Numbered from the stretch's first letter, positions 11,419-22,476 are shown. The stretch is DNA of 64,000 nucleotides from Candidatus Woesebacteria bacterium (GCA_040006915.1 JBDTWD010000004.1:65033-129032), one strand, 5' to 3'. A program made the numbers and translations. The notes: generated by a model from the sequence alone, not told the origin.

Positions 11419-12383
11419 GCTTTTTCAGCTTCTAGCTCTGCCTCTACCATAAGTTTAACGAGTTCTTTAAATGTCGTTTTTGGCTGCCATCCCAATTTTT
11501 CTCTTGCCTTTGAAGAATCACCAATCAATAAATCTACTTCTGCAGGTCGATCAAACTTAGGGTTATGCCCTATTACTTTTTCCCAATCAGCAATCCCTGC
11601 GACGGCACATGCCTCTTGGACAAATTCACGAACTGAATGTGTCTCTCCAGTGGCAATCACATAATCTTCAGGTTGGTCTTGTTGTAACATCAGCCACATC
11701 ATTTCAACATAATCTTTGGCAAATCCCCAATCACGTTTCGCGTCCAAATTTCCCAGCATCACTTGATCCTGTTTGCCATATTTAATACGCGCAATACTGT
11801 TGGCAATTTTGCGCGTTACAAATTCCAAACCTCTACGAGGCGATTCATGATTAAACAGAATTCCAGAAACCGCATAAATACCAAATGATTCTCGGTAGTT
11901 TACCGTGATCCAATGTCCATACAATTTTGCGACTCCATACGGTGAGCGTGGATAAAATGGAGTTGTTTCTTTTTGCGGAACTTCTTGAACTTTTCCAAAC
12001 ATCTCAGAGCTACTGGCTTGATAAAATCTGGTTTTTGGACAAACGTAACGCACGGCTTCCAACATTCGAGTCACACCAATTCCGGTAAATTCTCCAGTGA
12101 GGACTGGTTGAGTCCAGGATGCTTGTACAAATGATTGAGCTGCCAGGTTATAAACTTCATCCGGTTGAATGGTTGAGAGTGCCGAAGTGATCGAATGCTC
12201 GTCGAGAAGGTCACCTGAGATTAATTCGAAATTTTCATTGTGAATGATGTGTTCGATACGAGAGTGATTTTGCGTACTACTACGTCTATTCATTCCGTAG
12301 ACTTTGTAGCCTTTATCTAGCAGAAATTCTGCTAAATATGACCCGTCTTGGCCGGTAACTCCAGTAATAAATGCCTTTTTCAT
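11415..12383 (-). CDS. gmd: GDP-mannose 4,6-dehydratase
   Basis: [42 protein letters not shown]; start at MKKAF (12383). Confidence 0.95.
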   Translation of the reverse strand: MKKAFITGVTGQDGSYLAEFLLDKGYKVYGMNRRSSTQNHSRIEHIIHNENFELISGDLLDEHSITSALSTIQPDEVYNLAAQSFVQASWTQPVLTGEFTGIGVTRMLEAVRYVCPKTRFYQASSSEMFGKVQEVPQKETTPFYPRSPYGVAKLYGHWITVNYRESFGIYAVSGILFNHESPRRGLEFVTRKIANSIARIKYGKQDQVMLGNLDAKRDWGFAKDYVEMMWLMLQQDQPEDYVIATGETHSVREFVQEACAVAGIADWEKVIGHNPKFDRPAEVDLLIGDSSKAREKLGWQPKTTFKELVKLMVEAELEAEKA

Positions 12384-13336
12384 TTTTTCCTCCACTCTTC
12401 TAATACATTTTGTAACTCTTTGTCGATTGAAATTTCTGGTTGCCAACCCAGAGAGCTCATCTTTCTATTGTCCGCAATCAACCCTGGTGCGTCAAGGGGA
12501 CGGATCCGACTTGGGTCAGTTTCAATAGTGATAGGCGTTTTGGAGAAGCCAATCAGCTTCTCTACGATCGTTTTCATCTGAATCCCGATCCCCGAACCGA
12601 TGTTGTAGACTTGCCCCACTTCACCTTTTTCCATCAACAGAATGTAGGCACGAACCACATCTTGCACGCTCGTGAAATCACGTATAGCTTCTAGACTTCC
12701 AACTTTCAAAGCCTGTTGCTCTCCCTTTTCAATCGCCACAATTTGCTTGGCAAAAGCTGGAATCGCAAAATCTGGAGACTGTTTAGTACCGATATGATTA
12801 AAAGGTCGACAGCGAACTATCTGCAACTTATAGGTAAGGTAGTAGCTCTCAGCCAAAAGATCCTGAGTCACTTTTGAAACTGCGTATGGATTGACTGGAT
12901 GTAAAGAAACACTCTCGTCTATTTTCTCAATTGATCGATCAATCATTCCATATTCTTCGGCAGAACCAATCGTCAGGACCCTTGCTTGTGGCGTATACGT
13001 CTTAATTGCTTCTAACACATTCAGTTGTAAATTAATGTTATTGGTGAATAACTCTTTAGCTTTATCAAAACTTTTTCCAACGTAGGCAAAAGATGCTAAA
13101 TGAAACACCCAATCAGGCTTAAGTTGCTCAAACATTTTGTTTGTCACATCTTCATTGGATAAATCAACTTTGACGTAATGATCGGTTGGCAGGAGCTGGC
13201 TGGCACTATCAGGCTCAGAAAAAGTCGTCGAATAAATATTCTGATACCCTTGCTTGAGCAGTTCTTCAATCAAATGAGATCCGGCAAAACCAGTTCCACC
13301 GGTCACTATGATACGTTGATCTTTCATAAGAGTCAT
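12380..13336 (-). CDS. rmd: GDP-4-keto-6-deoxy-D-mannose reductase-like extended SDR
   Basis: [28 protein letters not shown]; adjacent to gmd. Confidence 0.65.
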   Translation of the reverse strand: MTLMKDQRIIVTGGTGFAGSHLIEELLKQGYQNIYSTTFSEPDSASQLLPTDHYVKVDLSNEDVTNKMFEQLKPDWVFHLASFAYVGKSFDKAKELFTNNINLQLNVLEAIKTYTPQARVLTIGSAEEYGMIDRSIEKIDESVSLHPVNPYAVSKVTQDLLAESYYLTYKLQIVRCRPFNHIGTKQSPDFAIPAFAKQIVAIEKGEQQALKVGSLEAIRDFTSVQDVVRAYILLMEKGEVGQVYNIGSGIGIQMKTIVEKLIGFSKTPITIETDPSRIRPLDAPGLIADNRKMSSLGWQPEISIDKELQNVLEEWRKK

Positions 13337-14616
13337 TCTATCCCAATGCCTAGATACTTCATACCGGTGTTTTCGACCTCACTTTTTTGGTATTGGTCCC
13401 GGATATCAATGAAATATGCTTGAGCCTTTACTTGCTTTGCTATTTCTGTCAGTGACAGAGTAATAAGCTCTTTCCATTCAACCAAGATAATCACCACATC
13501 TGCGTCCTTCATTGCTTGTGTGGCAGAACTACAAATCTTCATCTCTTTGGGCAACACTTTTTTTGCCGCACTGTTTGCCATTGGATCAAATCCAGTGACC
13601 GCTGCGCCTGCATCAAGCAGCATAGGAATAATCTTTGTACTGGGAGCTTCACGCATATCATCTGTATTCGGTTTAAATGAAAGTCCCAATACTGCAACTT
13701 TTTTATTAGAGAACCCACCGACTAAGCGCGCAAAGCGCTTAAAGAGTTTGGTAATGCGCTCTTCGTTTAACTTACTGACGGTTACCATCAAATTATCGGT
13801 TTGTCCGACGGCTTTGGCATACGCAGCGAGTTCTTTGACATCCTTCGGAAAGCAACTGCCACCGTATCCTAGTCCTGGATACCAGTATTGCGATCCAATC
13901 CGTTTGTCCATTCCAATAGCTTTAATCACTTCCAAGATATTGGCCCCATTTTCTTCACACAAGTTGGCAATTTGATTGATAAAAGTAATCCGAGTGGCTA
14001 AATAAGAATTAGCGGCGTACTTTGCCATTTGAGCACTCTCTGGCTGCATAACCAATATCTGCGCACCCAATGGTTTGTGCAGTTTTTTTAGAATAGCAAT
14101 CGCTCCTGGCTCTTTCGCGCCGATAATAATTCGATCGGGATGAAGTGTATCTGCAACAGCTGCACCTTCTTTCAAAAACTCTGGAACTGAAGCAACATAC
14201 ACATCTTTTTCACTCAGTATCTTTTTCACTTTGTCGCAAGTACCTGGAGGTACAGTCGACTTAATGACCACGACTGCTTTCTCTTTTACAAAAGATGAAA
14301 GGCTTTTGGCTGCGGCGAAAACGTATTGTAAATCTGCTTGTCCATCAGCTGCTGAAGGAGTGCCTACAGCGATAAAGATCACATCTGCGCTAGAGACGGC
14401 CTCTTTATATGAAGTCGTAAAAGAAAGAGTTCCTTTCTTTTGCGTTTTCAGTAACAACTCTTCTAGGTCTGGCTCATAGAAAGGAACTTTTCCTGCCTGT
14501 AAGCTTTTAACCCGCTTGGGGTCTATATCTAAACCAATAACGGTATTCCCGAGACTTGCAAATACCGCGGCCGAGACTACTCCAACAAACCCTGTGCCTA
14601 TAATGGTAAGATTCAT
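13333..14616 (-). CDS. ugd: UDP-glucose/GDP-mannose 6-dehydrogenase
   Basis: GTGFVG, IAVGTP, KSTVPPG, PEFLKEG, GYGGSCFPKD, FKPNTDDMRE. Confidence 0.9.
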   Translation of the reverse strand: MNLTIIGTGFVGVVSAAVFASLGNTVIGLDIDPKRVKSLQAGKVPFYEPDLEELLLKTQKKGTLSFTTSYKEAVSSADVIFIAVGTPSAADGQADLQYVFAAAKSLSSFVKEKAVVVIKSTVPPGTCDKVKKILSEKDVYVASVPEFLKEGAAVADTLHPDRIIIGAKEPGAIAILKKLHKPLGAQILVMQPESAQMAKYAANSYLATRITFINQIANLCEENGANILEVIKAIGMDKRIGSQYWYPGLGYGGSCFPKDVKELAAYAKAVGQTDNLMVTVSKLNEERITKLFKRFARLVGGFSNKKVAVLGLSFKPNTDDMREAPSTKIIPMLLDAGAAVTGFDPMANSAAKKVLPKEMKICSSATQAMKDADVVIILVEWKELITLSLTEIAKQVKAQAYFIDIRDQYQKSEVENTGMKYLGIGIE

Positions 14617-14653
14617 AAGGGGAATATAACAGTAAAGCATTTTTTTTTCATCT

Positions 14654-15340
14654 ATGGCTTTAAATAATCTTGATCAAGCATTCGGAAAAGAAGTTGAGAG
14701 TGCAAATGAGGATCGTGCCAGCATTCTTTTGCAGAAAGCGATCGATCACGTGATGCCTGTTGTGCTTGAAAAAGTTAAAGAGATGACCGATCGCAACCCA
14801 GAGAACGAAGATTTACGACACGACCTCTGTCACATGGTCAACGGAATACTTGTCACAGAACTTATAAATACTTTCCATGTGCCTGCAATGGAATACAGGA
14901 TAGATGTCAATAAAGATGACAGCCCATTGAAGAACAAATCATGGAATTTCCATGCAATGGCAATCACGCACTTGGAGGGGAGTATTGAAGATCCACAAGC
15001 GCTTTTTGGACTCATAGATCAAACTTCGATTGACCCAAGAACTAAAAGACATTATCTCAAATTAGGCACTCTCAAGGAATTGCAATCGGATGCTGAAGCG
15101 ACTTTTGGAGGATTTTGGGATTTTGATGAACTGCCTATTCGGCCGGACGAAAGACAGAACACAGTACGACAAAGAATTGAAAATGCACAACATCTGATAC
15201 AGAATGGCGACAGTGTTGACTTCAATCAACATCTTTATACACAAGGAAGATTTGATAAGAACACTCAAAAACCGTTGGGACTAAAAGTTGTGTTTATGAT
15301 GAACAGGAGAAGCCCAAGCCTCCGATACGGAACTGTATAA
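14654..15340 (+). CDS. Hypothetical protein, possible transglutaminase/papain-like Cys-His-Asp fold
   Basis: 228-aa ORF directly upstream of trmD; DLCHM...FHAMAI...LIDQT spacing. Confidence 0.55.
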   Translation: MALNNLDQAFGKEVESANEDRASILLQKAIDHVMPVVLEKVKEMTDRNPENEDLRHDLCHMVNGILVTELINTFHVPAMEYRIDVNKDDSPLKNKSWNFHAMAITHLEGSIEDPQALFGLIDQTSIDPRTKRHYLKLGTLKELQSDAEATFGGFWDFDELPIRPDERQNTVRQRIENAQHLIQNGDSVDFNQHLYTQGRFDKNTQKPLGLKVVFMMNRRSPSLRYGTV

Positions 15341-15344
15341 ATAT

Positions 15345-15989
15345 ATGCAAATCTCTATTCTCACTCTTTTTCCACAAATGTTCTCAGGTCCCTTCTCTGA
15401 AAGTATAGTCAAACGTGCACAGGAAAAAGACATCGTTTCTATCGAAATTGTAAACATTCGCGACTTCTCTGAAAATAAGCACCACACCACTGATCTTCCT
15501 CCGTATGGTGGAGGTCCAGGTATGGTAATGACAGTACAACCAATTGAGAAGGCTCTTGAGAAAGTAAAGACTGCAAACTCTAAAGTCATACTTTTATCTG
15601 CCAAAGGAAAATCGTTCACCCAGGAAAAAGCTCAAGAGTACACAAAGACAGAACATTTAATTTTCATCTGCGGCCATTATGAAGGGGTGGATGAGCGAGT
15701 GGCCGAACATTTAATCGATGAAGAAATACGTATTGGGAATTATGTACTCACCGGTGGGGAACTTCCTGCTATGGTGATTGCTGATAGTGTCGTCCGTTTA
15801 CTCCCAGGAGCTTTAGGTGACGACACAAGTACGCACGAAGAATCACACAGTGAAGCAGGCGTCTTAGAATATCCTCAATATACAAGACCGGCTGACTACA
15901 ACGGTTGGAAAGTTCCGGATGTTCTTTTATCCGGTAATCACGCTGAAATTGAAAAATGGCGCAGTGAACAAAAAAAGCAGGATAGCTAA
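15345..15989 (+). CDS. trmD: tRNA (guanine-N1)-methyltransferase
   Basis: [48 protein letters not shown]. Confidence 0.97.
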   Translation: MQISILTLFPQMFSGPFSESIVKRAQEKDIVSIEIVNIRDFSENKHHTTDLPPYGGGPGMVMTVQPIEKALEKVKTANSKVILLSAKGKSFTQEKAQEYTKTEHLIFICGHYEGVDERVAEHLIDEEIRIGNYVLTGGELPAMVIADSVVRLLPGALGDDTSTHEESHSEAGVLEYPQYTRPADYNGWKVPDVLLSGNHAEIEKWRSEQKKQDS

Positions 15990-15990
15990 G

Positions 15991-16350
15991 CTACTGTCTT
16001 TCTACGGATTTATTCCATGCATCAAGAAGTTTTTGTGTTTCCCAACGGGAGGAACTTTCCGCATTCCCCATTTTCAAAATCGATTCTCCCCAAGCATGAA
16101 AGAACCGCTCATTCATTTGTAAAAATCCAGCGTCATCAATCTGTGCTTGTCTATTCTCTCTGTGATCAGCGATGTAATTTTCATGGAGATCATAGTGCAT
16201 GCTTGGATAGGTTCCATTTTCAATGATCACTACATTTCCAATACGAATGAAGCGCAATTTTTTTCCTATCAGTTTTTGGGAGAACTCTTCAATTTTTTCG
16301 GGAAGCAGAAGGTATTTTTCTTTCATATCGGGCGAGTATACCACTGCCAA
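15991..16350 (-). CDS. Hypothetical protein
   Basis: 119-aa ORF filling the gap between vanZ-like and trmD; start may be ATG 16326. Confidence 0.55.
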   Translation of the reverse strand: MAVVYSPDMKEKYLLLPEKIEEFSQKLIGKKLRFIRIGNVVIIENGTYPSMHYDLHENYIADHRENRQAQIDDAGFLQMNERFFHAWGESILKMGNAESSSRWETQKLLDAWNKSVERQ

Positions 16351-16666
16351 TCATGCCGATAATATCTATCCCAATATCCCGAATCATTGGTGTACGACCT
16401 GGTACAAAGGACTGATGGAATTCGTCACTGGCTGCGTATGCGATACAGATCAAGAAGGTTCGTAGCATCCGATGCTTGGTTTGTTTTCCATATGCCCGAT
16501 AGACCAATCGAAACAGAATAAAATACACGGTCAAATGTCCAGCTTTTTTAAGAACAAAATCCCATGTCTTATCTTCAGGCCCCGGTAAATGAGGTTGTGA
16601 TGACAGAAAAAAAATAAGCCCACACCAAAGAACTACTGGTCCCCAAGTTGTCAGAATTTTTTTCAT
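16289..16666 (-). CDS. VanZ-like membrane protein
   Basis: IFFLSSQ, KKAGHL, YAASDEFHQSFVPGR, DIGID. Confidence 0.85.
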   Translation of the reverse strand: MKKILTTWGPVVLWCGLIFFLSSQPHLPGPEDKTWDFVLKKAGHLTVYFILFRLVYRAYGKQTKHRMLRTFLICIAYAASDEFHQSFVPGRTPMIRDIGIDIIGMIGSGILARYERKIPSASRKN

Positions 16667-17868
16667 AATTTTTTCTTCTTTCGTTTCTTCCACCATTCCC
16701 ATCCAAAGTATCCACCAATGCTTCCTAAGACCAAAAGTCCTACCACGATCGATCCAATTGCAATCATCGTTTGCCCGTTTCCACTACTAGGTTTGGGCGA
16801 TGGAGTCGGTGTGGGTGAAGGCTCTTCATCGGAGCTCCCGAGAACTTCACCACTTTCTGCTCCGTCATCCGCTTCGAGTGAAGCCGAATCCGAAGCGGCT
16901 GAACTGGTACTCGATTCCAAACTCGGGTTTGCACTGCCTTTTGTCATCTGGGTTGTTTCCTGCCAACCCCCACCCGATTTAGCCCAAGTCTGATCAGTAT
17001 GACATTCTTTGTACTCGTATGTATCAACTTTTTTCCCCGTCCCATCAATTAGATTTACAACATCACCACTGTCAGTTAACATTCCACGTGCATATTTGCT
17101 AATCTCTACGGTGCTATATCCTTTAGCACTGATCGCAAGTGTGGCAATCGGTTGCTCATTATTATCATGATCTGTCAGCTTCCAATTCGTAAGGGTCACT
17201 GTTGTAGCGCCACTGTTATATAGCTCTACCCATTCCTTACTCCCGTCAGCTTGGCAGGCATAGATTTCAGATAGACTAATAGTTATCGGTTGTGTAGTTG
17301 GAGTAGGTGTGGGGCCTGCAGTTGTTGTAGGAGTGGAAGTGGGAGATGTTGTCGATGTTGGAGTTGGAGTCGGAGTCGGGGTTGAAGGAGAAACTAATGT
17401 ATTTGCTTGTCCAGGAGTAACAGCGGTTGTGAGCGACCACGACGTTCCCTGCTTTATCCAGCTGACTGGCCGAGGAGTAGGACATTTTTCGAATGTATTT
17501 TCTTCTAAAACATCTCCCCCTCCATCTTTTAGCCGTAATGAAAACTCTTCATTACTTAAGAAATTTGAACCCACATTAAATTGTTTATATAACTTTGCCG
17601 AGATTGTCGCGGTATCCGCAACGAGTGTTTTTGGTGTCCAAGTACTTGAATCCTTTCCTTTTTCCTCCACTTTCCAAGTCGACACATCGACACCTTGATC
17701 TGATTCGTTATATAACTCTATCCACCCATTGTCTTCGCATGGTGAAACTTCAGATAAAGTAATTACAATTCCAGCTCCTGGCGATGGTGCCTGGGCGTAG
17801 GAAGGGAGAATTCGAAAAAAACCAAAAAACGATATGAATGCCAAAAGCAAAATAAAGACACGCCGCAT
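16663..17868 (-). CDS. Surface protein with two lamin-tail domains, Pro/Thr linkers and C-terminal TM anchor
   Basis: Signal peptide; two repeats of SE...WI/VELYN...WK...TPG/TKG.AN; PT repeats; TM followed by KKRKKKK. Confidence 0.8.
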   Translation of the reverse strand: MRRVFILLLAFISFFGFFRILPSYAQAPSPGAGIVITLSEVSPCEDNGWIELYNESDQGVDVSTWKVEEKGKDSSTWTPKTLVADTATISAKLYKQFNVGSNFLSNEEFSLRLKDGGGDVLEENTFEKCPTPRPVSWIKQGTSWSLTTAVTPGQANTLVSPSTPTPTPTPTSTTSPTSTPTTTAGPTPTPTTQPITISLSEIYACQADGSKEWVELYNSGATTVTLTNWKLTDHDNNEQPIATLAISAKGYSTVEISKYARGMLTDSGDVVNLIDGTGKKVDTYEYKECHTDQTWAKSGGGWQETTQMTKGSANPSLESSTSSAASDSASLEADDGAESGEVLGSSDEEPSPTPTPSPKPSSGNGQTMIAIGSIVVGLLVLGSIGGYFGWEWWKKRKKKKL

Positions 17869-17874
17869 AATACC

Positions 17875-19092
17875 TTAATTCTTCCGTAAATAGCCGACAC
17901 CGATAATCTGTCCCGTAGAATACAACGAATTGAACTTTTTGTCATATCCTTCCCAGGGATCATTGATCATATAGTCACCATTTTGCCCACTTTTTAAAAC
18001 AATAAAGTGAGTTCCTACCACACTTGTCCGTACAGAGAGCTTCACAATCACCGGTCTACCTTCTTTGAGTTCCGTATCAATCAGTCCTAAATCTTTACGG
18101 TCAACAACTTCAAATCTGTATCCACTCGGTGCTGGCCAAGGTCGTCGCATTGCGCCAGTGTTTAAATAAAAACTGTCTCCATTTTGCGCAACATTCGCTG
18201 GAGTGACATTGTCCCCATACTTTTTCTTCACCATGGCAATCGAGGTTACTAAGCAGCCAACATCTAAGATGGTATCTGGATTTTTGGTCAAACCGCTATT
18301 TCCAATTGTCATGTTCGCCCATCGCTCATCGCGCTGTGAGTAAAACCACCCATCTGGAGAACTTTGAGCCGGCAAAATGCCACCGCCTTTGCTAGATGTA
18401 AAAGCCCGGAATGAAGCAAGCTCAGCTTCTGCTTGCGCCAATAATTTCTGATAGTTCCCTTCACTATTTTTGGTATCAGAAAGCAATTGTTTTTTCGCTT
18501 GTTCTTGAGCGACTAAATCAGCTTGTTGTTGTTGCAGTTTCACTTTGAGTGTTTCTACCTGCTTTTGCTTCACTTCTTTCTCTTGCTTCTGGGTATCGTA
18601 AGAGATTTTGACTTCAGTTGTCTTTTTTAACATCTGACTATGATGGACAGAGGCCAGTTGAATATATCGAGCTCGTGTCGAAAGATCAGCAAAAGAATGA
18701 GAAGAAAATACCAGTTGATATGGGTCGATTTGACCTTGCTTGTATCCCACTTGAACATCAGAGATGAGGGCTCTCGTATGTTCATCTAATGTCCCTTCAA
18801 GGGTTTCAATTTTCCCTCCTAAGGAAGTAATATCTCGAGTCAAAACTGAAATCTCAAATTCAGTCGCTTCAACTTGTTTTTCGGTCAGAGTTTTTTTGTT
18901 CGTCAGATAAGAAATTGCAGAAGAAAGTGTTCGCGCTTCGCCTTGAAGTTGAGTAATTTTCCCTTTTAAATTTTCGATTTCTTTTAATTTCTCTTGATAT
19001 CTTGGATCCGTGTCTTGTGCATAGCTTCTAGTTGGCACGAGAAGAACAAGGACTAATACACACACGAAGATTCGGCGTTTGAAAACTCGCAC
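17875..19092 (-). CDS. Secreted coiled-coil protein with C-terminal C39-like peptidase (PcsB/CwlO-like architecture)
   Basis: Signal peptide, long coiled coil, YSQRDERW, GCLVTSIAM, HFIVL, INDP; GTG start at 19092 after AAGGAG; follows ftsX. Confidence 0.8.
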   Translation of the reverse strand: MRVFKRRIFVCVLVLVLLVPTRSYAQDTDPRYQEKLKEIENLKGKITQLQGEARTLSSAISYLTNKKTLTEKQVEATEFEISVLTRDITSLGGKIETLEGTLDEHTRALISDVQVGYKQGQIDPYQLVFSSHSFADLSTRARYIQLASVHHSQMLKKTTEVKISYDTQKQEKEVKQKQVETLKVKLQQQQADLVAQEQAKKQLLSDTKNSEGNYQKLLAQAEAELASFRAFTSSKGGGILPAQSSPDGWFYSQRDERWANMTIGNSGLTKNPDTILDVGCLVTSIAMVKKKYGDNVTPANVAQNGDSFYLNTGAMRRPWPAPSGYRFEVVDRKDLGLIDTELKEGRPVIVKLSVRTSVVGTHFIVLKSGQNGDYMINDPWEGYDKKFNSLYSTGQIIGVGYLRKN

Positions 19093-19111
19093 AATCTGAA
19101 TACTCCTTCCG

Positions 19112-19984
19112 CTAATGTCTGATAAATCTCGCCACCGCAAGGTAGCTTGAGACTAATCCCAAGAAGAGTCCAACGAGAACTCCCCCGCCAAGTAGTGACA
19201 CTAATGTGAGGGTAGGGATAGGAAGCACTCTAATCTCGCCGAAAAATCCAACAATTGCTGGGGTTGCATACAGGAGAACAATAAAGCTTGAAACCCACCC
19301 AATCACACTACCAATGACACCATATAAAATTCCTTCAATCATAAATGGGCCACGAATATACCAGCGGCTAGCTCCCAATAAATTCAAGATTCCAATCTCT
19401 TTTCGTTTGACGGCTACTCTCAAACTGAGAATCACAAACACTAAAAGCAAAGTGATTAAAAAGAGCACGCCAGTAACAGCCAATCCACTTTGACGAATAG
19501 TTTTTGTCCAAGATGCCAGTTTTGCAATCACTTCTTTTTGATACACAACTTCATCAACTCCATCGATTTTTTTCAGGTCGATACTAATCGTTTCGAGTTC
19601 ATCCACTGAAGTCGCACTGACTTCTAAACTTGCGGGTAAAATATCTGCGCTTACAAGATCAGAAAGGAGTGGATCTTTTTTGTTTTCTTCTTGAAAGATC
19701 TTTAAAGCATCCTGTTTGGTAACCACTTTTACCTCAGCAACATATGGCTTCTGTTGCATGGCGTTCTTTGCACTATCAACTTGTTCATTCGTTGCTTTCA
19801 CATCAAAATATGCAATCACTTGAGGCTTCGTTTCTATATATTGAAGTGCTCGATTTGCAACAAATAAAACTAAAGCAAAGCTAAATGCAACAAAGAACGA
19901 TAACGTCATCATGAGGATCGCTACCATTGCTTGATATGGACTGCGTCTCATGGTTTTTAGCGCTGTTGCAAATGATCGAAACAT
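19112..19984 (-). CDS. ftsX: Cell division permease FtsX
   Basis: 4-TM layout, LPASLEV, KRKEIGILNLLGA, IRGPFMIEG. Confidence 0.9.
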   Translation of the reverse strand: MFRSFATALKTMRRSPYQAMVAILMMTLSFFVAFSFALVLFVANRALQYIETKPQVIAYFDVKATNEQVDSAKNAMQQKPYVAEVKVVTKQDALKIFQEENKKDPLLSDLVSADILPASLEVSATSVDELETISIDLKKIDGVDEVVYQKEVIAKLASWTKTIRQSGLAVTGVLFLITLLLVFVILSLRVAVKRKEIGILNLLGASRWYIRGPFMIEGILYGVIGSVIGWVSSFIVLLYATPAIVGFFGEIRVLPIPTLTLVSLLGGGVLVGLFLGLVSSYLAVARFIRH

Positions 19985-19987
19985 AAT

Positions 19988-20680
19988 TTATTCCCCTTTT
20001 CCCTTTTCTTTCGTTTTCTTCACTTTTTCGACAGCTTTTCCACCTTCGATTGATACCACTCGTTTTCCTAAATGATCGACGAGTGACTGATTATGGGTAG
20101 CCATAATCACAGTCGTTCCCAGTTCATTAATTTTTGAAAGTAACCGAACAATCGATCGAGCGGTTTCATCATCCAAGTTACCAGTCGGTTCGTCAGCAAA
20201 CAACATCCGTGGAGCAGTCGCCAAAGCTCTGGCGATACAGACACGCTGTGCTTCTCCACCCGATAGTTGGGTTGGAAACAAGTTCGCTTTTCCTGGAAGT
20301 CCAATTAGCTGTAACAAATCTTCTATACGAGAATTAATCTCTTCTTTGGGTTTGTTAATGATTTCCAAACCGAGAGCGATATTTTCACCGACGGTACGCT
20401 CTGTGAGCAATTTATAGTCTTGATAGATAACTCCGATCATTCGACGTAATTTTTGCACATCTTTGCGTTTTAATTTTCCGACCTCAATGTCTTCGATGAA
20501 GATACTGCCTGCATCAGGTGTCACTTGCTGTGTGAGCAAACGCATCAAGGTAGTTTTGCCTACACCAGATCTGCCGATGATAAACACGAACTCTCCGGGA
20601 TCAACGGTCAAATTTAAATCGTCGAAAATCACTTGATCTCCGTACATCTTTCTGATATTGGAAAATGAAACCATAGGCAT
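19988..20680 (-). CDS. ftsE: Cell division ATPase FtsE
   Basis: GRSGVGKTT, QDYKLL, LSGGEAQRV, ADEPTGNLD; start among ATG 20674/20680/20683. Confidence 0.92.
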   Translation of the reverse strand: MPMVSFSNIRKMYGDQVIFDDLNLTVDPGEFVFIIGRSGVGKTTLMRLLTQQVTPDAGSIFIEDIEVGKLKRKDVQKLRRMIGVIYQDYKLLTERTVGENIALGLEIINKPKEEINSRIEDLLQLIGLPGKANLFPTQLSGGEAQRVCIARALATAPRMLFADEPTGNLDDETARSIVRLLSKINELGTTVIMATHNQSLVDHLGKRVVSIEGGKAVEKVKKTKEKGKGE

Positions 20681-20737
20681 CATCAATACTACTGGAAAAC
20701 GAAGGCAATGTGAAGGGAAGAAAAGACAAAAAGTCTT

Positions 20738-21322
20738 TTACTCATCCTGACCGGCGCTTGCAGGAGCGGGAGTGGTACCATCTGGAAGTGGAGCATTTAA
20801 CTCTTTCACTTCAACCCGTCCCACATCCATAAGCCAACCAGCTTTTTGCGCTTTAAATGTTTCACCAGATACTTTAACTCTGGCACCTTCAAACAACTTC
20901 AGATCAACAACAGAGGAAGTGAGGTACACGTTTTGAGAAGCACCACCAGGACGCACTATGTGGTGAGATCCTTCTCCACCAACGCCACCAACGATGAGGA
21001 CTCCTTCAACACTGTCCTTAAAGCTACTTGCATCTTTAGCACCAAAAACTTGTCCTACTTTGACAGTTTCAACTGCTGCTCCAGTATCATTGGAAGCAGT
21101 GGTATCAGTCGTGGTCGCCGGAGCTGCAGTTTTTGGCGCAGTTAATTTCGCTCCAACTAACCCTGTACCGAGTCCCAAAAAGACAACAACTACGATAGCG
21201 GGAACGAGTTTTTTAGATGCAGACATAGATTTATTTTCCTTGGACATGGCACCAGCAAAACTGTTTGTAGATGTTTGCGGGGCGGCTTGTACATTCGAAC
21301 TTTGTGTTGAGTGGTTTTCCAT
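20738..21322 (-). CDS. Membrane-anchored hypothetical protein
   Basis: Single TM, T/A-rich linker, GEGSHH..RPGG.SQNVYLTSS domain. Confidence 0.65.
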   Translation of the reverse strand: MENHSTQSSNVQAAPQTSTNSFAGAMSKENKSMSASKKLVPAIVVVVFLGLGTGLVGAKLTAPKTAAPATTTDTTASNDTGAAVETVKVGQVFGAKDASSFKDSVEGVLIVGGVGGEGSHHIVRPGGASQNVYLTSSVVDLKLFEGARVKVSGETFKAQKAGWLMDVGRVEVKELNAPLPDGTTPAPASAGQDE

Positions 21323-21358
21323 ACATTTTTTAGTGTAACACACGGAGGGCGTGATCGG

Positions 21359-22456
21359 CTATCCCAACATCTTTAAACTAGAATGGGTAAATAGGTCTAG
21401 GTCCCCATCAAGCACACCTTGGGTATCTGATGTCTCTACTTTCGTCCGGGTATCTTTGACCAAATGATAGGGATGTAGCACATAGTTTCTGATTTGATTT
21501 CCAAAACCTGCGATCTTGTACTCTCCTTTTACTTTGGCCAATTCGTCTTTTCGTTTTTGTTCTTCAAGTAAAGCTAACTTACTTTTAAGGATAGAGAGTG
21601 CAGTCTTTTTGTTTTGCTCTTGATATCGCTCCTGCCTGCATTCCACCACAATTCCGGTCGGTGTGTGTGTGAGTATGACTGCAGTGTTCACTTTATTGAC
21701 GTTTTGTCCACCATGACCACCTGCCCGCGTAAATGCCCAGGAGAGATCATCAGGGCTCACTTCAATAGTCTTATCATCATCTTCAACGAGTGGCAAAACT
21801 TCTACTCCGACAAATGAAGTTTGACGTAAGTTGTCAGCATTAAAGGGAGACAGACGAACCAGTCGATGCGCGCCTGCATCATTTTTTAAATATCCATAGA
21901 CGTAATCACCCCGAATGATCAAGGTGGCAGATTTTAACCCCGCTTCCGCGCGGGACTCATCGACAAATTCTGTTTTCCATCCCTTGCGCTCAAAGTAGCG
22001 CATGTACATGCGCAAAACCATGTTGGCCCAGTCATTCGCTTCATCTCCCCCTTGCCCCGCATGGATTGTCAAAATTGCATCGTGATCGTCGTATGGACCG
22101 GACAAAAATGTTTGAGTTTCTAAGAGATCGATTTCTTTTTCAAGTATCTGGAGCTTATTGGCATATTCAGTTTGAAGCGATGGGTCTTCTTGTTCTGAAA
22201 GCAGCTGTTCGATGCTTTCAAGATCAGTAAAATATGAACTAATGCGTTTGTCTTGATCGAGAAGATTTGTGATTCGTGAACGCTCCTGTCCAACTTTCCT
22301 CGCTCGCTCTTGATCCGCCCATAGCGCTGGACTCTCCTGCTCAGAACTCAGTTCCTGGAGTCGTATCTCTTTCTCAGGAATCGCGAGTTTCTTTTGAATG
22401 GACAAAAACCGCGCCTGCAGTTCTTGTCTTCTCGTCATTTCTTCTGGTGAGATCAT
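21359..22456 (-). CDS. prfB: Peptide chain release factor 2
   Basis: HRLVRLSPF (SPF), [10 protein letters not shown] (GGQ), FGNQIRNYV; continuous ORF. Confidence 0.95.
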   Translation of the reverse strand: MISPEEMTRRQELQARFLSIQKKLAIPEKEIRLQELSSEQESPALWADQERARKVGQERSRITNLLDQDKRISSYFTDLESIEQLLSEQEDPSLQTEYANKLQILEKEIDLLETQTFLSGPYDDHDAILTIHAGQGGDEANDWANMVLRMYMRYFERKGWKTEFVDESRAEAGLKSATLIIRGDYVYGYLKNDAGAHRLVRLSPFNADNLRQTSFVGVEVLPLVEDDDKTIEVSPDDLSWAFTRAGGHGGQNVNKVNTAVILTHTPTGIVVECRQERYQEQNKKTALSILKSKLALLEEQKRKDELAKVKGEYKIAGFGNQIRNYVLHPYHLVKDTRTKVETSDTQGVLDGDLDLFTHSSLKMLG

Positions 22457-22476
22457 GTCTATAGTATAGCAAAGAC

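Noticed and set aside
17280-17390. Repetitive GGAGT-type tracts, with similar ones near 60420-60560 and 61225-61320
   Set aside because: They encode Pro/Thr linkers; no repeat-spacer structure and no cas genes, so not CRISPR.
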